Part shown: positions 39,905 to 50,729 of the stretch, piece by piece
How positions within the stretch are numbered: position 1 is the stretch's first letter
Layout of the letters: each line of letters begins with the position of its first letter
Source: Candidatus Magasanikiibacteriota bacterium
GTDB taxonomy: Bacteria; Patescibacteriota; Patescibacteriia; Magasanikbacterales; GWA2-37-8
Length of the DNA stretch: 64,000 nt
Direction: 5' to 3'
Assembly: GCA_017991415.1 (NCBI GenBank)
Contig: JAGOQR010000003.1
Span: 44,279 to 108,278 of the forward strand
The notes under the pieces: model-generated
Database searches by the model: none
Told to the model about the DNA's origin: nothing
Seen by the model: the letters and a program-made list of their open reading frames with translations, nothing else
Made by a program: the position numbers and the translations under genes

Positions 39905-40513
39905 TCATTTACCATTTTCTGCCATTAAAAATTTATATGATTGAAAACCTAGCACTGCTCCAATAACTGGGGCCAGAACATAGACAACTGTTACAGAATT
40001 GAGTGCAAGAGCGACTGCTGGGTTGAGAATTCCAGCTGCACCACACACAGACGCTACTAGCACACCAAGGAGAAGCGACCCACCCACAACCAGTCCAGAC
40101 ATTTGCTCTTTGGCTTTTCCGTAAACCACTGCAGCAATTCCAAAATTAAAGAAAAAAGCTCCTAGCATTTCTGCTAAAAACACCTTGCCATTAAACACTG
40201 CTCCGACCGCCGGACTTACCACAACAAAAACTTTGGCTAACATAATTGCCATCAAAGTACCTGCAAGCTGCGCAAGAATATAAAATACTGCCTCTTTGGT
40301 AGATATTTTTTTCACTGACAATTGCGCCAACGTAACAGCAGGGTTAATATGGCACCCTGAAATTGGTCCTATAGAATAAACAAATAGCGTCAGTGTAAGG
40401 CCTGCAATAAGCGGAACCGCCATAGGTAAGCTACCTGTAAAAGATACTGCCATTAGAACAACAAAGACTAAGGCAAACGTACCGATAAATTCTGCCAAGT
40501 ATTTTTTATACAT
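39905..40513 (-). CDS. Aquaporin/MIP family channel
   Basis: 202 aa with two NPA boxes (HINPAVTL; ILNPAVAL). Confidence 0.85.
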   Translation of the reverse strand: MYKKYLAEFIGTFALVFVVLMAVSFTGSLPMAVPLIAGLTLTLFVYSIGPISGCHINPAVTLAQLSVKKISTKEAVFYILAQLAGTLMAIMLAKVFVVVSPAVGAVFNGKVFLAEMLGAFFFNFGIAAVVYGKAKEQMSGLVVGGSLLLGVLVASVCGAAGILNPAVALALNSVTVVYVLAPVIGAVLGFQSYKFLMAENGK

Positions 40514-40541
40514 AATCCTAGATTGATATTAATAATAATGA

Positions 40542-43262
40542 TTAAAATCTATAGTATATATCAAACTGTTCGGTAAGTTTCTCAACTCTTTTTACACTAG
40601 ATTCTAGCGCTTCTTTAAATCTGCCAAAATTTAAATTGTCTTTTTCTACGGCAATTAGAGCAATAATCTCATCAACTTCTTGAGTTATTTTTAATTTTAA
40701 ATCCTGCAGATGTGTGTCATTAAGTAACAAACTTCTGGTCGGGATAAGTGCTTTAAATCCATCTGCCTCCTGCTCAATTAACCTAAAAAAAGTACTTTCT
40801 AAAGCCTCGACTGCTGCCTGAATATCCGAATCTATTTTTTGAAGAAGTTCAGTTTGCGCTTGGCTTTGAGGATCTTTTTTAGAAAAATCTTGTTTAATAA
40901 ATTTTCTTACAAAAAGTTCGAGTTCTTTTTCAGAGAATCCAACCCGCAAAGTCTTTGCGCTATCTGAATATAGCTGATCAAATTTTTCTTCAGAAAAACC
41001 TCGGCGCCGAAACTCGTAAGGCAAAATATTAATAAGGTTCTCTGGAGTAAATCCAACAAGTTTTATTAAACGATCTTTAAGAGTAAACTCTATTTTTTCC
41101 AGTTCTTTTTCTTTTTTATGCCTTTCTTTATCTGCCTCTATACCTGGATCGGGGTCAGGCTCTGTAGCAATACCTGAATCAACAAGCTCCTTCGAAAGCG
41201 CCTGACGCATTTTATCAACAGCTCTTTTTAAAATCTGCCTAACTCTTTCACGACCAATTCGCAACCCCCCTCTTTCTCCTATCTCTTTTAAAGTAGCGCC
41301 ATTAATGGTTTCTATTAAAATAAAAGCCTCGATTGGCCTTAAATCTTCAAAGGCTTTCAGAATAGCTCTGTTAAGAAGCGGATCATTTACATCTTCCAAG
41401 CGATATACTTCATTTAAACCTGGGCCAAGCAGAGTTCTCAAACCTTGGCGCGCTTCTATAGAATCTGGGTACTTGACCAACTCATTAGCTAAATGCTCAA
41501 AATCCTCTGATACTGAACGCTCGCCAATGGCTGCACTTATAACTTCACGGCGCTTATCTTTTTTTGGTAATAAGTAGCCTTTATCGGCCTGCAAAAGTAA
41601 CATTGTCCCACGCTGCTCAGGAAAAAACTCTGTAACCATATTCTTAAAATCCTCTTTATTTTTCACTCCTATGCTCCACAACAAAATACGTCCATAGCCA
41701 GTAAAGGCTGGATGTTTAAAAAATGTATTTTGGAAATTACGATAAGAATGCAGAACTTCCATTAACTGTGCATCCTCTGTTTCGTTGGTATTATCATTTA
41801 TAAGCCCTGTGTTAATAATTTCTCTTATCTGAGCTTGGTTCCCCCTGTCAATTTTTACAGCGCCTAGCCCCCCGTATTCTCGTATATTAGCCACCAATCT
41901 AACATTCACATTTTCCACTCTTTCTGGAAGAGGCAGAACTTTACTTTCTGTACTTTGATTATCTTTTTTTACTGTTCCTATCACCTTGCCAACTGGCAAA
42001 TCTACATCGTCACGATCTAATAATATATTGGGTGGAAGAAGCGGGGGATATTTTAACTTACTAGGAACAACTGAATAAATCTTAGCTATTTTTTGATCTT
42101 CAAATTGGCTTTTAGTTAAAGGGCGGGTAAATTTTTGACCAGCTCGGACAGGTGAAGTTGTAGGATCAAAATCAATCAATAATTTACAGCGCTCGGCATC
42201 CCATCCCTGCAACAGAACTCTGACCGTAATCAAAGTATCATATTTACCATCTAAATAATCCTGAAGTTTCTTTGCGCGATCTTTAGTATCTTCCGTAATA
42301 ACTGCGACTCGCACTGCTTCTTCCGGCCGCAAACGCTCTAAATACGCTCTAGCATCTTCGGCTTGTTGTTTAACACGAAAACATATTAATCCTGGTATAT
42401 CTTTATTTCCTTTATCATACCTAATTTTTTCCATGAGTTTAAACACTGGCAAACCTGTTATAAGACGGCCCATATCTTCTGCTTTATAATCCCCGCCACT
42501 CAAATCTATTTCTGACCCATCTAAATCTAGCTCATACACCCAATATTGAAAAGGGGAAAGCATATCAAGACTCACTGCTTCGGGTATAGATATACTACCA
42601 ATAAGATTTGGATAGAAATGTTCAAGCTTTCGTGATTCACTATAATCAGGCGTACCAGTAAGTGCTATACGAATAGCATGTGGGTCAAACTCTTCACGCA
42701 TAATACGTATTCGACTTTCTGTAGTAGATTCATGGCCTTCATCTGCAAAAACAAGAGGCTTAGTTCTCAGCTCTACCGGCAAACTATCTTGAGTACGAAT
42801 ATTTGCTTGTGAAATCTGATAGGTCGCAACGATTATATCAGCCCCCTCTAAATCCCCCTTTTCTTTACCCGTATACTTAACTATTATTTTCCCAGGTAGT
42901 AATTCTTCAAGCTCTTTAACGGCCTGATCAATCAGATTAGTTGAAGGCGCAAAAAATACCGCACCCAAATCAGTGCGACGCAATATCTCTGCAGCTATAG
43001 TTGTTTTGCCCGTACGAGGCGCAGAAACAACTCTGGCCATATGCATATCTACAGAATCATTACCCTGCTTACGAGAATTAACAACTTCTTTGAAGTATTC
43101 AACAAAACGATCCACAAAATCTACTTGGTGAGACCTCAGCTCACGGACTTCGTCACCTTTTTCTTCTACAGACAATCTGGCCGCAGCTAACTCTTGCTGC
43201 TCATCTACACCAGACTGTTTAACTGCAACCTCTCCATGATATGGACTTAGGCGTTCTGACAT
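40542..43262 (-). CDS. SF2 (DEAD/DEAH-like, ResIII-type) helicase fused to a C-terminal sigma70 region-4-like HTH domain
   Basis: 906 aa with Walker A APRTGKTTIA and motif II FADEGHES. Near the C-terminus, LLNRAILKAFEDLRPIEAFILIETINGATLKEIGERGGLRIGRERVRQILKRAVDKMRQ matches the sigma70 region-4 pattern (L..RE..VL..R.GL.....TLEEIG..LG..RERVRQIE..AL.KLR). Confidence 0.6.
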   Translation of the reverse strand: MSERLSPYHGEVAVKQSGVDEQQELAAARLSVEEKGDEVRELRSHQVDFVDRFVEYFKEVVNSRKQGNDSVDMHMARVVSAPRTGKTTIAAEILRRTDLGAVFFAPSTNLIDQAVKELEELLPGKIIVKYTGKEKGDLEGADIIVATYQISQANIRTQDSLPVELRTKPLVFADEGHESTTESRIRIMREEFDPHAIRIALTGTPDYSESRKLEHFYPNLIGSISIPEAVSLDMLSPFQYWVYELDLDGSEIDLSGGDYKAEDMGRLITGLPVFKLMEKIRYDKGNKDIPGLICFRVKQQAEDARAYLERLRPEEAVRVAVITEDTKDRAKKLQDYLDGKYDTLITVRVLLQGWDAERCKLLIDFDPTTSPVRAGQKFTRPLTKSQFEDQKIAKIYSVVPSKLKYPPLLPPNILLDRDDVDLPVGKVIGTVKKDNQSTESKVLPLPERVENVNVRLVANIREYGGLGAVKIDRGNQAQIREIINTGLINDNTNETEDAQLMEVLHSYRNFQNTFFKHPAFTGYGRILLWSIGVKNKEDFKNMVTEFFPEQRGTMLLLQADKGYLLPKKDKRREVISAAIGERSVSEDFEHLANELVKYPDSIEARQGLRTLLGPGLNEVYRLEDVNDPLLNRAILKAFEDLRPIEAFILIETINGATLKEIGERGGLRIGRERVRQILKRAVDKMRQALSKELVDSGIATEPDPDPGIEADKERHKKEKELEKIEFTLKDRLIKLVGFTPENLINILPYEFRRRGFSEEKFDQLYSDSAKTLRVGFSEKELELFVRKFIKQDFSKKDPQSQAQTELLQKIDSDIQAAVEALESTFFRLIEQEADGFKALIPTRSLLLNDTHLQDLKLKITQEVDEIIALIAVEKDNLNFGRFKEALESSVKRVEKLTEQFDIYYRF

Positions 43263-43349
43263 ATATAAATGATTTCAGATTATTAATCTCAGTATTCTGA
43301 TTCAATTCTAACACATAATACTGCTTGGTCAACTAGCAACATTCCTAAA

Positions 43350-45488
43350 TTAATTTTTCTTCAAATGACTAATAACAGCTCTAATCTCACCGTAGCTAAC
43401 ATCTTCACCCAAAGATTCTTTTAGAGGGAAAATCGGAAAATGGCCGTATTTTTCTACGGCACCGCTTATACGAGAAATTTTCTCATCCGATACAAGATCT
43501 GTAATTTTTAACCTGCCGTCCTCAACATAAAAAATAAGGTGTGCTTCGATCGTAGAAGGACTGAGTTGCCGAATACTTGCAATCTCAGCAACAGTATTAC
43601 CTTTTTTAAATAAATCTAAAGAGACTGCTCGCGTATTATTTTCCGTTTTTTGATCTGTTTTGGAACGAGACTCTCGTTTTGGAATTTTTTCTAAAATTTT
43701 GGAAACTAAATTGCGATCTTTGCAATAAGAAACAACTGCACTCAAAAAGTCTTGACCGTACTTGGCAATTTTAACTTCACCGAAGCCTGATATTTTTCTC
43801 ATCTCATCTTGGTTTTGCGGCAGATAAGTTGCCAGTTCGAGCAGCGTAGCATCTGAAAAAATAATGTAAGCTGGAACTTGTTCTTGTGTTGCAATATGAG
43901 CACGCAAGTCTTTGAGGGTCACCAATAATTCTTTTTCAAATGGCAATTCCTGATAAGTAGTGTTTTCTTTTTTACCAACAGCTCTTATCATCGTCACTTT
44001 TTCGGTACCATTTAAAACAGCGGTGCTTTTTTTGGTCAATTTAATTACAGGATATTCTGCGCCGCTTTGCTCCAAATAACCAAGGCCAATCAAATTTTTG
44101 ATATAGCTAAATAAATCTTCCTTGGAAATATCTGCACCAATACCGTAGGTAGAAAGCTGCCTATGATATAATTTTATTTTTTCTGATTTTGATCCACGTA
44201 AAAAATCTACTAGGTAGGTTAGGCCATGAGGAGTATCAAAGCGAGCTACCGCGGAAAGAATTTTTTGCGCAACTACCGTACCGTCAAATTGTTCAAAATT
44301 TCCTAGACACACATCACAACTTTGGCAATTACCCTCTATCTGCTCGCCAAAATAAGCCAAGACCTTTTGTCGACGACATACTGACATTTCGCACAAGTCT
44401 GCCATCTGGGCTAATTTATGAAGCATTATTTTGGACTGCTGCGGATTACCTTCAATCGTGGCAAACTTACGCAACTTAATGACATCTCCTCCGCTATAAA
44501 AAAGAATAGCTTCACTTTTAAGCCCATCTCGGCCTGCTCGACCGGTTTCTTGATAATAACTTTCAATATTTTTTGGCAGATCAACATGGGCTACAAAACG
44601 AACATTGGATTTATTAATCCCCATACCAAACGCAATAGTCGCTACCATTATTTTTACTTCATCTTTCAAAAACTGTGCCTGATGACGACTTCTTTTTTCT
44701 TGGCTTAGGCCTGCATGATATGGAAGCGCTTTAAACCCATCGGCAGTTAATTTTCGAGAAAGATCTTCAGTAGACTGACGCGATAAAGCATAAATAATCC
44801 CAGCGTCATCGTGGTGCTTAATAAGATAATTTAAGAGCCGTGGATACATGTTGCGCTTAGGCTCAATATAATAATAAATATTTTTTCGATTAAAGCTTGA
44901 GATAAATGTTTGTGGATTTCTAAGAGCAAGCTTAGCAACAATATCGTCGGCTGTTATTTTATCAGCCGTCGCAGTAAGCGCAATGGTAGGAACACCAGGA
45001 AATTCTTTTTTGAGACGAGCCAATTCGCGATATTCTGGTCGAAAATCATGCCCCCAGGAAGAAATACAGTGCGCTTCATCGATGGCAAAAAGTGATATTG
45101 GATATTTTTTAATAAAATTTAAAAACTGCCCTTCACCAAACAGTCGTTCTGGCGCAACATATAATAATTTAAGCCGACCAGCTTCAAGCGCACGATAGAT
45201 ATCCGAGCGCTCTTCGGTCGTAGTAGAAGAATTTAAATAAGCGGCTTCGATACCATTTACTCGTAACGCATCGACCTGATCTTTCATAAGCGCAATGAGC
45301 GGTGAAATCACGATAGTAAGGCCTTTAAAAATCAAAGCTGGAATCTGATAGCAAAGCGACTTACCTCCGCCGGTGGGCATTAGAACAAAAGAGTCTTTTT
45401 TATCTAGGGTACGCAAAATTATCTCTTCCTGATTAGCACGGAAAGAATTATAACCAAATTTATTTTGAAGAATATCAAGGGGAACCAT
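43350..45488 (-). CDS. recQ: ATP-dependent DNA helicase RecQ
   Basis: 712 aa with the DEAH box (FAIDEAHCISSWGHDFRPEY), the RecQ zinc-binding Cys cluster (C...C..C..C) and C-terminal HRDC-like regions. Confidence 0.85.
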   Translation of the reverse strand: MVPLDILQNKFGYNSFRANQEEIILRTLDKKDSFVLMPTGGGKSLCYQIPALIFKGLTIVISPLIALMKDQVDALRVNGIEAAYLNSSTTTEERSDIYRALEAGRLKLLYVAPERLFGEGQFLNFIKKYPISLFAIDEAHCISSWGHDFRPEYRELARLKKEFPGVPTIALTATADKITADDIVAKLALRNPQTFISSFNRKNIYYYIEPKRNMYPRLLNYLIKHHDDAGIIYALSRQSTEDLSRKLTADGFKALPYHAGLSQEKRSRHQAQFLKDEVKIMVATIAFGMGINKSNVRFVAHVDLPKNIESYYQETGRAGRDGLKSEAILFYSGGDVIKLRKFATIEGNPQQSKIMLHKLAQMADLCEMSVCRRQKVLAYFGEQIEGNCQSCDVCLGNFEQFDGTVVAQKILSAVARFDTPHGLTYLVDFLRGSKSEKIKLYHRQLSTYGIGADISKEDLFSYIKNLIGLGYLEQSGAEYPVIKLTKKSTAVLNGTEKVTMIRAVGKKENTTYQELPFEKELLVTLKDLRAHIATQEQVPAYIIFSDATLLELATYLPQNQDEMRKISGFGEVKIAKYGQDFLSAVVSYCKDRNLVSKILEKIPKRESRSKTDQKTENNTRAVSLDLFKKGNTVAEIASIRQLSPSTIEAHLIFYVEDGRLKITDLVSDEKISRISGAVEKYGHFPIFPLKESLGEDVSYGEIRAVISHLKKN

Positions 45489-45523
45489 GGGAGAAATATT
45501 TAGATGCAGAAAAATTTCAACGT

Positions 45524-47152
45524 TTATTCAGGTCTTGTCGGAATTCCCAGGAATTTTAAGGCGTATTCTGTTTTTTGAAAAATTAAGCCTTTTTTCTTTA
45601 ATGCCAAATATCCGCTCGACATTTGCTCTAATAATCCAACTATAGCGGGGTCAATACTGGTAATTAACACCTGCTGCCCTCGCGCTTCAGTAATATTTAT
45701 TACTTCGTCGAGCGCTTCCACACCGTCCATATCAATAAAATATACTTCCCGTAAACGCAGAATTATGTACTTATACTTTATTAAACTAGACTCAAAACGA
45801 GCCACATGCGCGCGACTATTAATATAGCATAATTTGCCTCTGACTGAATAAAGTAACACATCCACATTTTCTACAATTTCTTTTTTTTCTTCTCCGGCCG
45901 CGGCATCTACAATTCCATCTTCAAACTTATTAACCCGCAAATCAAACTGGCCACGAGATAAATGATTAACAAATATAAGCAAGGACAACGCCACCCCAAG
46001 TAAAATACCAAAAATTGGATCTTCGATGATAGTGGCTACAGCAACCAAAAGCGCCACAAAAAATCCAGATCGCTCATATCGCCAGAACTTTGCAAAATGC
46101 TCAGCTTCAACCATCTGCACGGCTACAAATACCAAAATGGCTGCAATAACGGCCATTGGTATATATTTAAAATAGCCAAGAAAAAAAGCAGAGATCAGCG
46201 CCACCCCCAGCACACTTACTACACCAGAGGTTCTGTGAGTTGCACCCGTTTTAATATTAAGTGATGTGCGTGCCAAAGCAGCCGTAGCCGGCATACCACC
46301 CATAAAACCAGACGCAATATTGGCCAGCCCCAAACCCAACATCTCTTTTCTTTCGTTGTGTTTGGTATGCGTCATACCATCGGCAATTTTTGCAGAAAGC
46401 ATTGTTTCCAAAATAGCGATAAGCGCCACTACCATAGCTGTTTGCACCATAAAGATAGAAGGCACCCACTGATGCATTTCAAAAATTCTAAACGGTATAT
46501 TCCCAAACTTATCACCCAACGTTTGTACCCCAAGCGAAACAACCTCCGTCTTGCTTAAATATCCTAACATAATTCCAATTGGAGTCAGGATAATTGCACC
46601 CGGGATTTTTGGCGCGATTTTTTTAAATATTATGAGTCCAATAAAAAACAGGGAAAAAACTACAAATGTGGACCAGGAGATATTGCTAATATGCTGAATG
46701 GATTCAATTAAATTTGAAAAAAAAATTTCATGCTGGGGCAGCCCTTGTAATCCCAGTGCGAAATTAAACTGATTAAGACCAATAATAAAAGCCACGCCCA
46801 AAGTAAAGCCATGAATAACACTGGAAGGAATAAGAACCAAATATCGTTCCAATTTCAAAAAATAAGCGGCTAAAATAATAAGACCAGCCATAATAGTAAG
46901 CATGGGTAGGCCGATAATACCGTGCAAAATAACATAGGTAGCCACGATACCAGAGAGTGCCCCCGTTGGGCCAACAATATTAAAATTACTACCGCCAAAA
47001 ACAGCTGCAATAAGCCCCGCCCAAATAGCCGTAATAATGCCAATACGTGGCGATGCACTAGAAGCAACGGCCAGAGAAATAGACAAGGGAATAGAAATAA
47101 GCGCAACTGTAAGACCGGATTTAAAATTATTTTTGATATTTTGCAAAATCAT
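45524..47152 (-). CDS. SulP family anion permease with a C-terminal STAS domain
   Basis: 542 aa with about 11 TM segments and a C-terminal STAS-like region. Confidence 0.75.
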   Translation of the reverse strand: MILQNIKNNFKSGLTVALISIPLSISLAVASSASPRIGIITAIWAGLIAAVFGGSNFNIVGPTGALSGIVATYVILHGIIGLPMLTIMAGLIILAAYFLKLERYLVLIPSSVIHGFTLGVAFIIGLNQFNFALGLQGLPQHEIFFSNLIESIQHISNISWSTFVVFSLFFIGLIIFKKIAPKIPGAIILTPIGIMLGYLSKTEVVSLGVQTLGDKFGNIPFRIFEMHQWVPSIFMVQTAMVVALIAILETMLSAKIADGMTHTKHNERKEMLGLGLANIASGFMGGMPATAALARTSLNIKTGATHRTSGVVSVLGVALISAFFLGYFKYIPMAVIAAILVFVAVQMVEAEHFAKFWRYERSGFFVALLVAVATIIEDPIFGILLGVALSLLIFVNHLSRGQFDLRVNKFEDGIVDAAAGEEKKEIVENVDVLLYSVRGKLCYINSRAHVARFESSLIKYKYIILRLREVYFIDMDGVEALDEVINITEARGQQVLITSIDPAIVGLLEQMSSGYLALKKKGLIFQKTEYALKFLGIPTRPE

Positions 47153-47310
47153 ATAAATATTTAAAACAAAGTTCCCTTATCCTATCAGAAAAAACCCCTT
47201 AGAGCTAGCCCCTTGACTATAACGTTGCGTAATAGTTTATAGTATGATACGGTGAGTCTATAAAAATAAACAGACCTGGTCGACACCACCAAAAATACCT
47301 ATTTTGTACT

Positions 47311-48078
47311 ATGTCCTATACAGTACAACAACTTGCAAACATGGCTGGAGTAAGTATACGCACACTCCATTATTATGATAGTGTCAATCTGCTTAAACCA
47401 GCTGGGATACAAAAAAATAGGTACCGCTATTACGAGGAGGCAGAGCTACTACGCCTACAACAAATACTATTCTTTCGCGAGCTCGATTTTTCTCTCGATG
47501 ATATTAAACGCGTTTTATCTTCACCAAACTTTGACATGAGGATTGCCTTAAACGATCAAAGAAAACTAATCAAGCTCAAACGAAATCGTTTAGACCGACT
47601 CGTACAAACGATTGATAAGACTATTAAAAAAATTAACAAAGAAATACATATGGAAGACAAAGAATTATACGGCAATTTTTCCAAAGAAGAGATGGATAAA
47701 TATGCCGAAGAAGCACGTCAAAAATGGGGTAATACCGAAGCTTTTAAACAGTCTCAGGAAAGGGTACAGAAAATGGGCAAAGCTGGGTTAGCAAAAGTTA
47801 TCCAAGAAGCAGGCAAACTAACCCAAGAAATTGCCACAGCAATGAAAAGTGGCCAAGACCCAAAAAGTGAAGCGGTGCAACAACTTATAGCCAGACACTA
47901 CAATGGCTTGCGCGCTTTCTACGAACCAAACCTAGCCATGTATCGCGGCATGGCCAAAATGTACGTAGACGATCCAAGATTTAAAACAAACTACGAAAAT
48001 GTAGCGGTGGGGCTCGCACAATTTATGCGAGACGGCATGCTCCACTTTGCTCAAGCAAATGAGGGTAAACAAATCTAA
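47311..48078 (+). CDS. MerR-family transcriptional regulator with a TipAS-like C-terminal domain
   Basis: 255 aa with N-terminal MerR HTH (YTVQQLANMAGVSIRTLHYYD) and a C-terminal TipAS-like region. Confidence 0.7.
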   Translation: MSYTVQQLANMAGVSIRTLHYYDSVNLLKPAGIQKNRYRYYEEAELLRLQQILFFRELDFSLDDIKRVLSSPNFDMRIALNDQRKLIKLKRNRLDRLVQTIDKTIKKINKEIHMEDKELYGNFSKEEMDKYAEEARQKWGNTEAFKQSQERVQKMGKAGLAKVIQEAGKLTQEIATAMKSGQDPKSEAVQQLIARHYNGLRAFYEPNLAMYRGMAKMYVDDPRFKTNYENVAVGLAQFMRDGMLHFAQANEGKQI

Positions 48079-48079
48079 A

Positions 48080-48112
48080 TTAAAAAAACGGAGCTTATAC
48101 CTCCGTTTTTTT
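48080..48112. terminator. Bidirectional terminator between merR-like (+) and mutY-like (-)
   Basis: aaaaaaacggag-cttatac-ctccgttttttt. Confidence 0.65.
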
Positions 48113-48114
48113 AA

Positions 48115-48933
48115 TTACACTATTACCAGTTTACCTTTTATATTTTTTATAAAACCATCTTTTTCTAGACCAGAAATAATTTTTTCTACCAGTTCATTAT
48201 CACCACCTAATATACGCTCAACATCTTTCTTGGCGCACGGTTTCTCTAAAATAAATCGCAGCACTTGGGCCCTTTTCTGACGGAAAGACCCGATAAATTT
48301 TGTCTGCTTAGCATAATGAATACTTTTCTTATTAGGATTACCAGTTTTTTTGAGCAATACGCCATAATCAAATAAAGCCCAATACCACTCGCGGGGATTT
48401 TTGGCATCAAGCGTCTTTTCTACTAAGGGCAAAATTTCCTTATCGCTTACCTGCTCTATACCCTTGAAGAAAAAATGAATAAACACCGAACGGATATTAG
48501 TTTCTATAAACACAGTGGGTATATTCCATGCAAAGGCCATAATATCTCCAGCTGTAGCTTTACCAATACCAGGAAGCTCAAGCAAGGTATTTAAATCTTT
48601 AGGAAATTTACCGCTATACTCTTTTACAAGAGTTTCCGCACACTTCTTTAAATACAAAGCACGACGGTTGTAGCCAAGACCTTGCCATTCTTGTAGCACA
48701 TCATGAAGTCTTGCCTTAGCAAGCATTTCTACAGTTGGAAATTTTTCTAAGAAGGATTTATATTTTGGCTCTACCCGATAACTCTGTGTTTGTTGCAGCA
48801 TGATTTCAGAAACCAAAATTTTGTACGGGTTACGAGTTTTACGCCACGGAAGATTACGTTTATTTTGTTTGTAATGAGACCAGATAGTTTTTTTAAATTC
48901 TAGAATATTCATAACAGATAAAGTGTATAACAA
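48115..48933 (-). CDS. HhH-GPD adenine DNA glycosylase (MutY/Nth-like)
   Basis: 272 aa. KILVSEIMLQQTQ and LPGIGKATAGDIMAFAW match the MutY N-terminal catalytic domain. Confidence 0.65.
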   Translation of the reverse strand: MLYTLSVMNILEFKKTIWSHYKQNKRNLPWRKTRNPYKILVSEIMLQQTQSYRVEPKYKSFLEKFPTVEMLAKARLHDVLQEWQGLGYNRRALYLKKCAETLVKEYSGKFPKDLNTLLELPGIGKATAGDIMAFAWNIPTVFIETNIRSVFIHFFFKGIEQVSDKEILPLVEKTLDAKNPREWYWALFDYGVLLKKTGNPNKKSIHYAKQTKFIGSFRQKRAQVLRFILEKPCAKKDVERILGGDNELVEKIISGLEKDGFIKNIKGKLVIV

Positions 48934-48971
48934 AATAACCCTAGCTGTATAGGGTTATTTTGAATAGCTTT

Positions 48972-50729
48972 TTAACTCTTTCGATTGTGGTGTAAAAGCA
49001 TTTCCATGGCATGATCCATCGAACCAGCTTGTACCACCTCGCCTGCATTTACAAAGAAAATTTCATCTGCATTTTGAATGGTATTCAACCGATGAGCAAT
49101 TATCACCTTGGTAGTGCTAGACGGTAAATTACGTAAAATATCCTCTAACAGCTGTTCAGTTACCGTATCAATATTAGCAGTCGCTTCATCCAAAATTAGC
49201 AGTTCGGGATTGCGCAGCACCGCCCGAATAAAGGCAATTAACTGTTTTTGGCCGAGGCTTACCGCATCACCCGCAGCAGTTAATTTTGTTTCTAAACCTT
49301 TATCAAATCGATCAAGTAAACGCTGCAGCCCTGCCTTATTAATAACTGCTTCCAACTGCTCATTGTTATAGGAAACATATTCTTCATTGCCATACAAAAT
49401 ATTTTCTCTTACAGAACCTGTAAATAATACTGGTTCCTGTAAAATAAAACCAATCTTTTTTGTTCGCCCTTCTGTTGTATAACTACGAATATCTTTGCCA
49501 TCGAGCAGCACGTCCCCAGTAGTAGCGTCGTATAAACGAGCCATTAGAGATGCAGTGGTGGTTTTACCACCACCAGTTGGACCAACAAGGGCATAGGTTT
49601 TTCCTTTTTGCAGATTGATATTAACATGATGCAAAACCTCTTTACCATTAGGATAGGCAAAATTTACGTTCTTAAATTCCAGAATTCCACTACTGCTAAC
49701 TGCGGCTGTACTTGTAATAACTGGCAAATCATTTTCCATGATTAAAATTTCATGCACTCTATCCCAACTAGCCATGGCTGCTTGAAAACTTGCCCAAAGC
49801 GCTGCCAATTGACGTAACGGCATATAGAAGTTATTGGCATACGACAAAAAACTAATAAGAAGCCCGATGGTAAACTGACCAGAAGAAATAAGCGCGATAC
49901 CGTAGGCAAGCACAATCAACTGTCCAAGGTTGGCAGCCAAACCATAAATTGGCACAAAAGTATTATTAGCGACGCCTGCTCCAACTGAAGCTGTATAATT
50001 TTGATTATTAACTTCTTGAAAACGTTTCTTAAAATAATCACGGCGATTGAAAGCGATAATTACTTTAAAATTATTTAAACTCTCTTGAATTTCAGAACTT
50101 AAACCCCCGAGCGACTGAGCGCTAACCAAATTTTTTCGCTTTACCCAAGCAGAGAGCCCTAAAGTAACAAACAATAAAACTACAGCGGGCATAAGTGTGG
50201 CGGCGCCAAGTTTTAGATTAAGGCTTAACAAAAATATAGTAGCCCCAACCATCATAAAAATATTGCCAAAAAACTGCACAAACGACTGAGAGAAAAACTG
50301 GTTAATTTTATCCGTATCATTATTAATACGAGAAATAAGATCACCAGCTTTGTTTTGGTTAAAAAATGCGATTGGTAATGACTGTAATTTATTAAATATC
50401 TGGTTGCGCAATCTATAGAGAACGCGCTGACCTACACCGCCCATGAGACGTATCTGCATATAGCTTGTACCAAGACCAAACAAATATATAACCAAAATTA
50501 TGCCTGCATATACAAGTACTCCGTGATAGTCACGTACCACAATAAATGTATCAATTGCATGCGCAACAAGCCGTGGCGCAGTTAGGTTTAAGCCCGAGTT
50601 TATAACCACTGCAATAAGCGCAATTATAATTATATTTTTTTCTTCAACAATGAGTGGCCATAATTTTCTGGCCGCACTCCAAACAGAACTCTTCTCGGAT
50701 TTGTCGGTTTTGTTTAAGTCGTAATTCAT
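48972..50729 (-). CDS. ABC exporter, fused permease-ATPase subunit (MsbA/MdlB type)
   Basis: 585 aa with 6 TM, Walker A GPTGGGKTT, signature LSLGQKQ and Walker B LILDEAT. Confidence 0.85.
   Translation of the reverse strand: MNYDLNKTDKSEKSSVWSAARKLWPLIVEEKNIIIIALIAVVINSGLNLTAPRLVAHAIDTFIVVRDYHGVLVYAGIILVIYLFGLGTSYMQIRLMGGVGQRVLYRLRNQIFNKLQSLPIAFFNQNKAGDLISRINNDTDKINQFFSQSFVQFFGNIFMMVGATIFLLSLNLKLGAATLMPAVVLLFVTLGLSAWVKRKNLVSAQSLGGLSSEIQESLNNFKVIIAFNRRDYFKKRFQEVNNQNYTASVGAGVANNTFVPIYGLAANLGQLIVLAYGIALISSGQFTIGLLISFLSYANNFYMPLRQLAALWASFQAAMASWDRVHEILIMENDLPVITSTAAVSSSGILEFKNVNFAYPNGKEVLHHVNINLQKGKTYALVGPTGGGKTTTASLMARLYDATTGDVLLDGKDIRSYTTEGRTKKIGFILQEPVLFTGSVRENILYGNEEYVSYNNEQLEAVINKAGLQRLLDRFDKGLETKLTAAGDAVSLGQKQLIAFIRAVLRNPELLILDEATANIDTVTEQLLEDILRNLPSSTTKVIIAHRLNTIQNADEIFFVNAGEVVQAGSMDHAMEMLLHHNRKS

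Noticed and set aside
47304-47328. Inverted repeat TTGTACT-N11-AGTACAA spanning the merR-like start codon, considered as a MerR operator or translational hairpin
   Set aside because: The arms fall on codons of the conserved HTH N-terminus (SYTVQ), so the symmetry may be coincidental. MerR operators normally sit in the -35/-10 spacer, which is upstream of this position.
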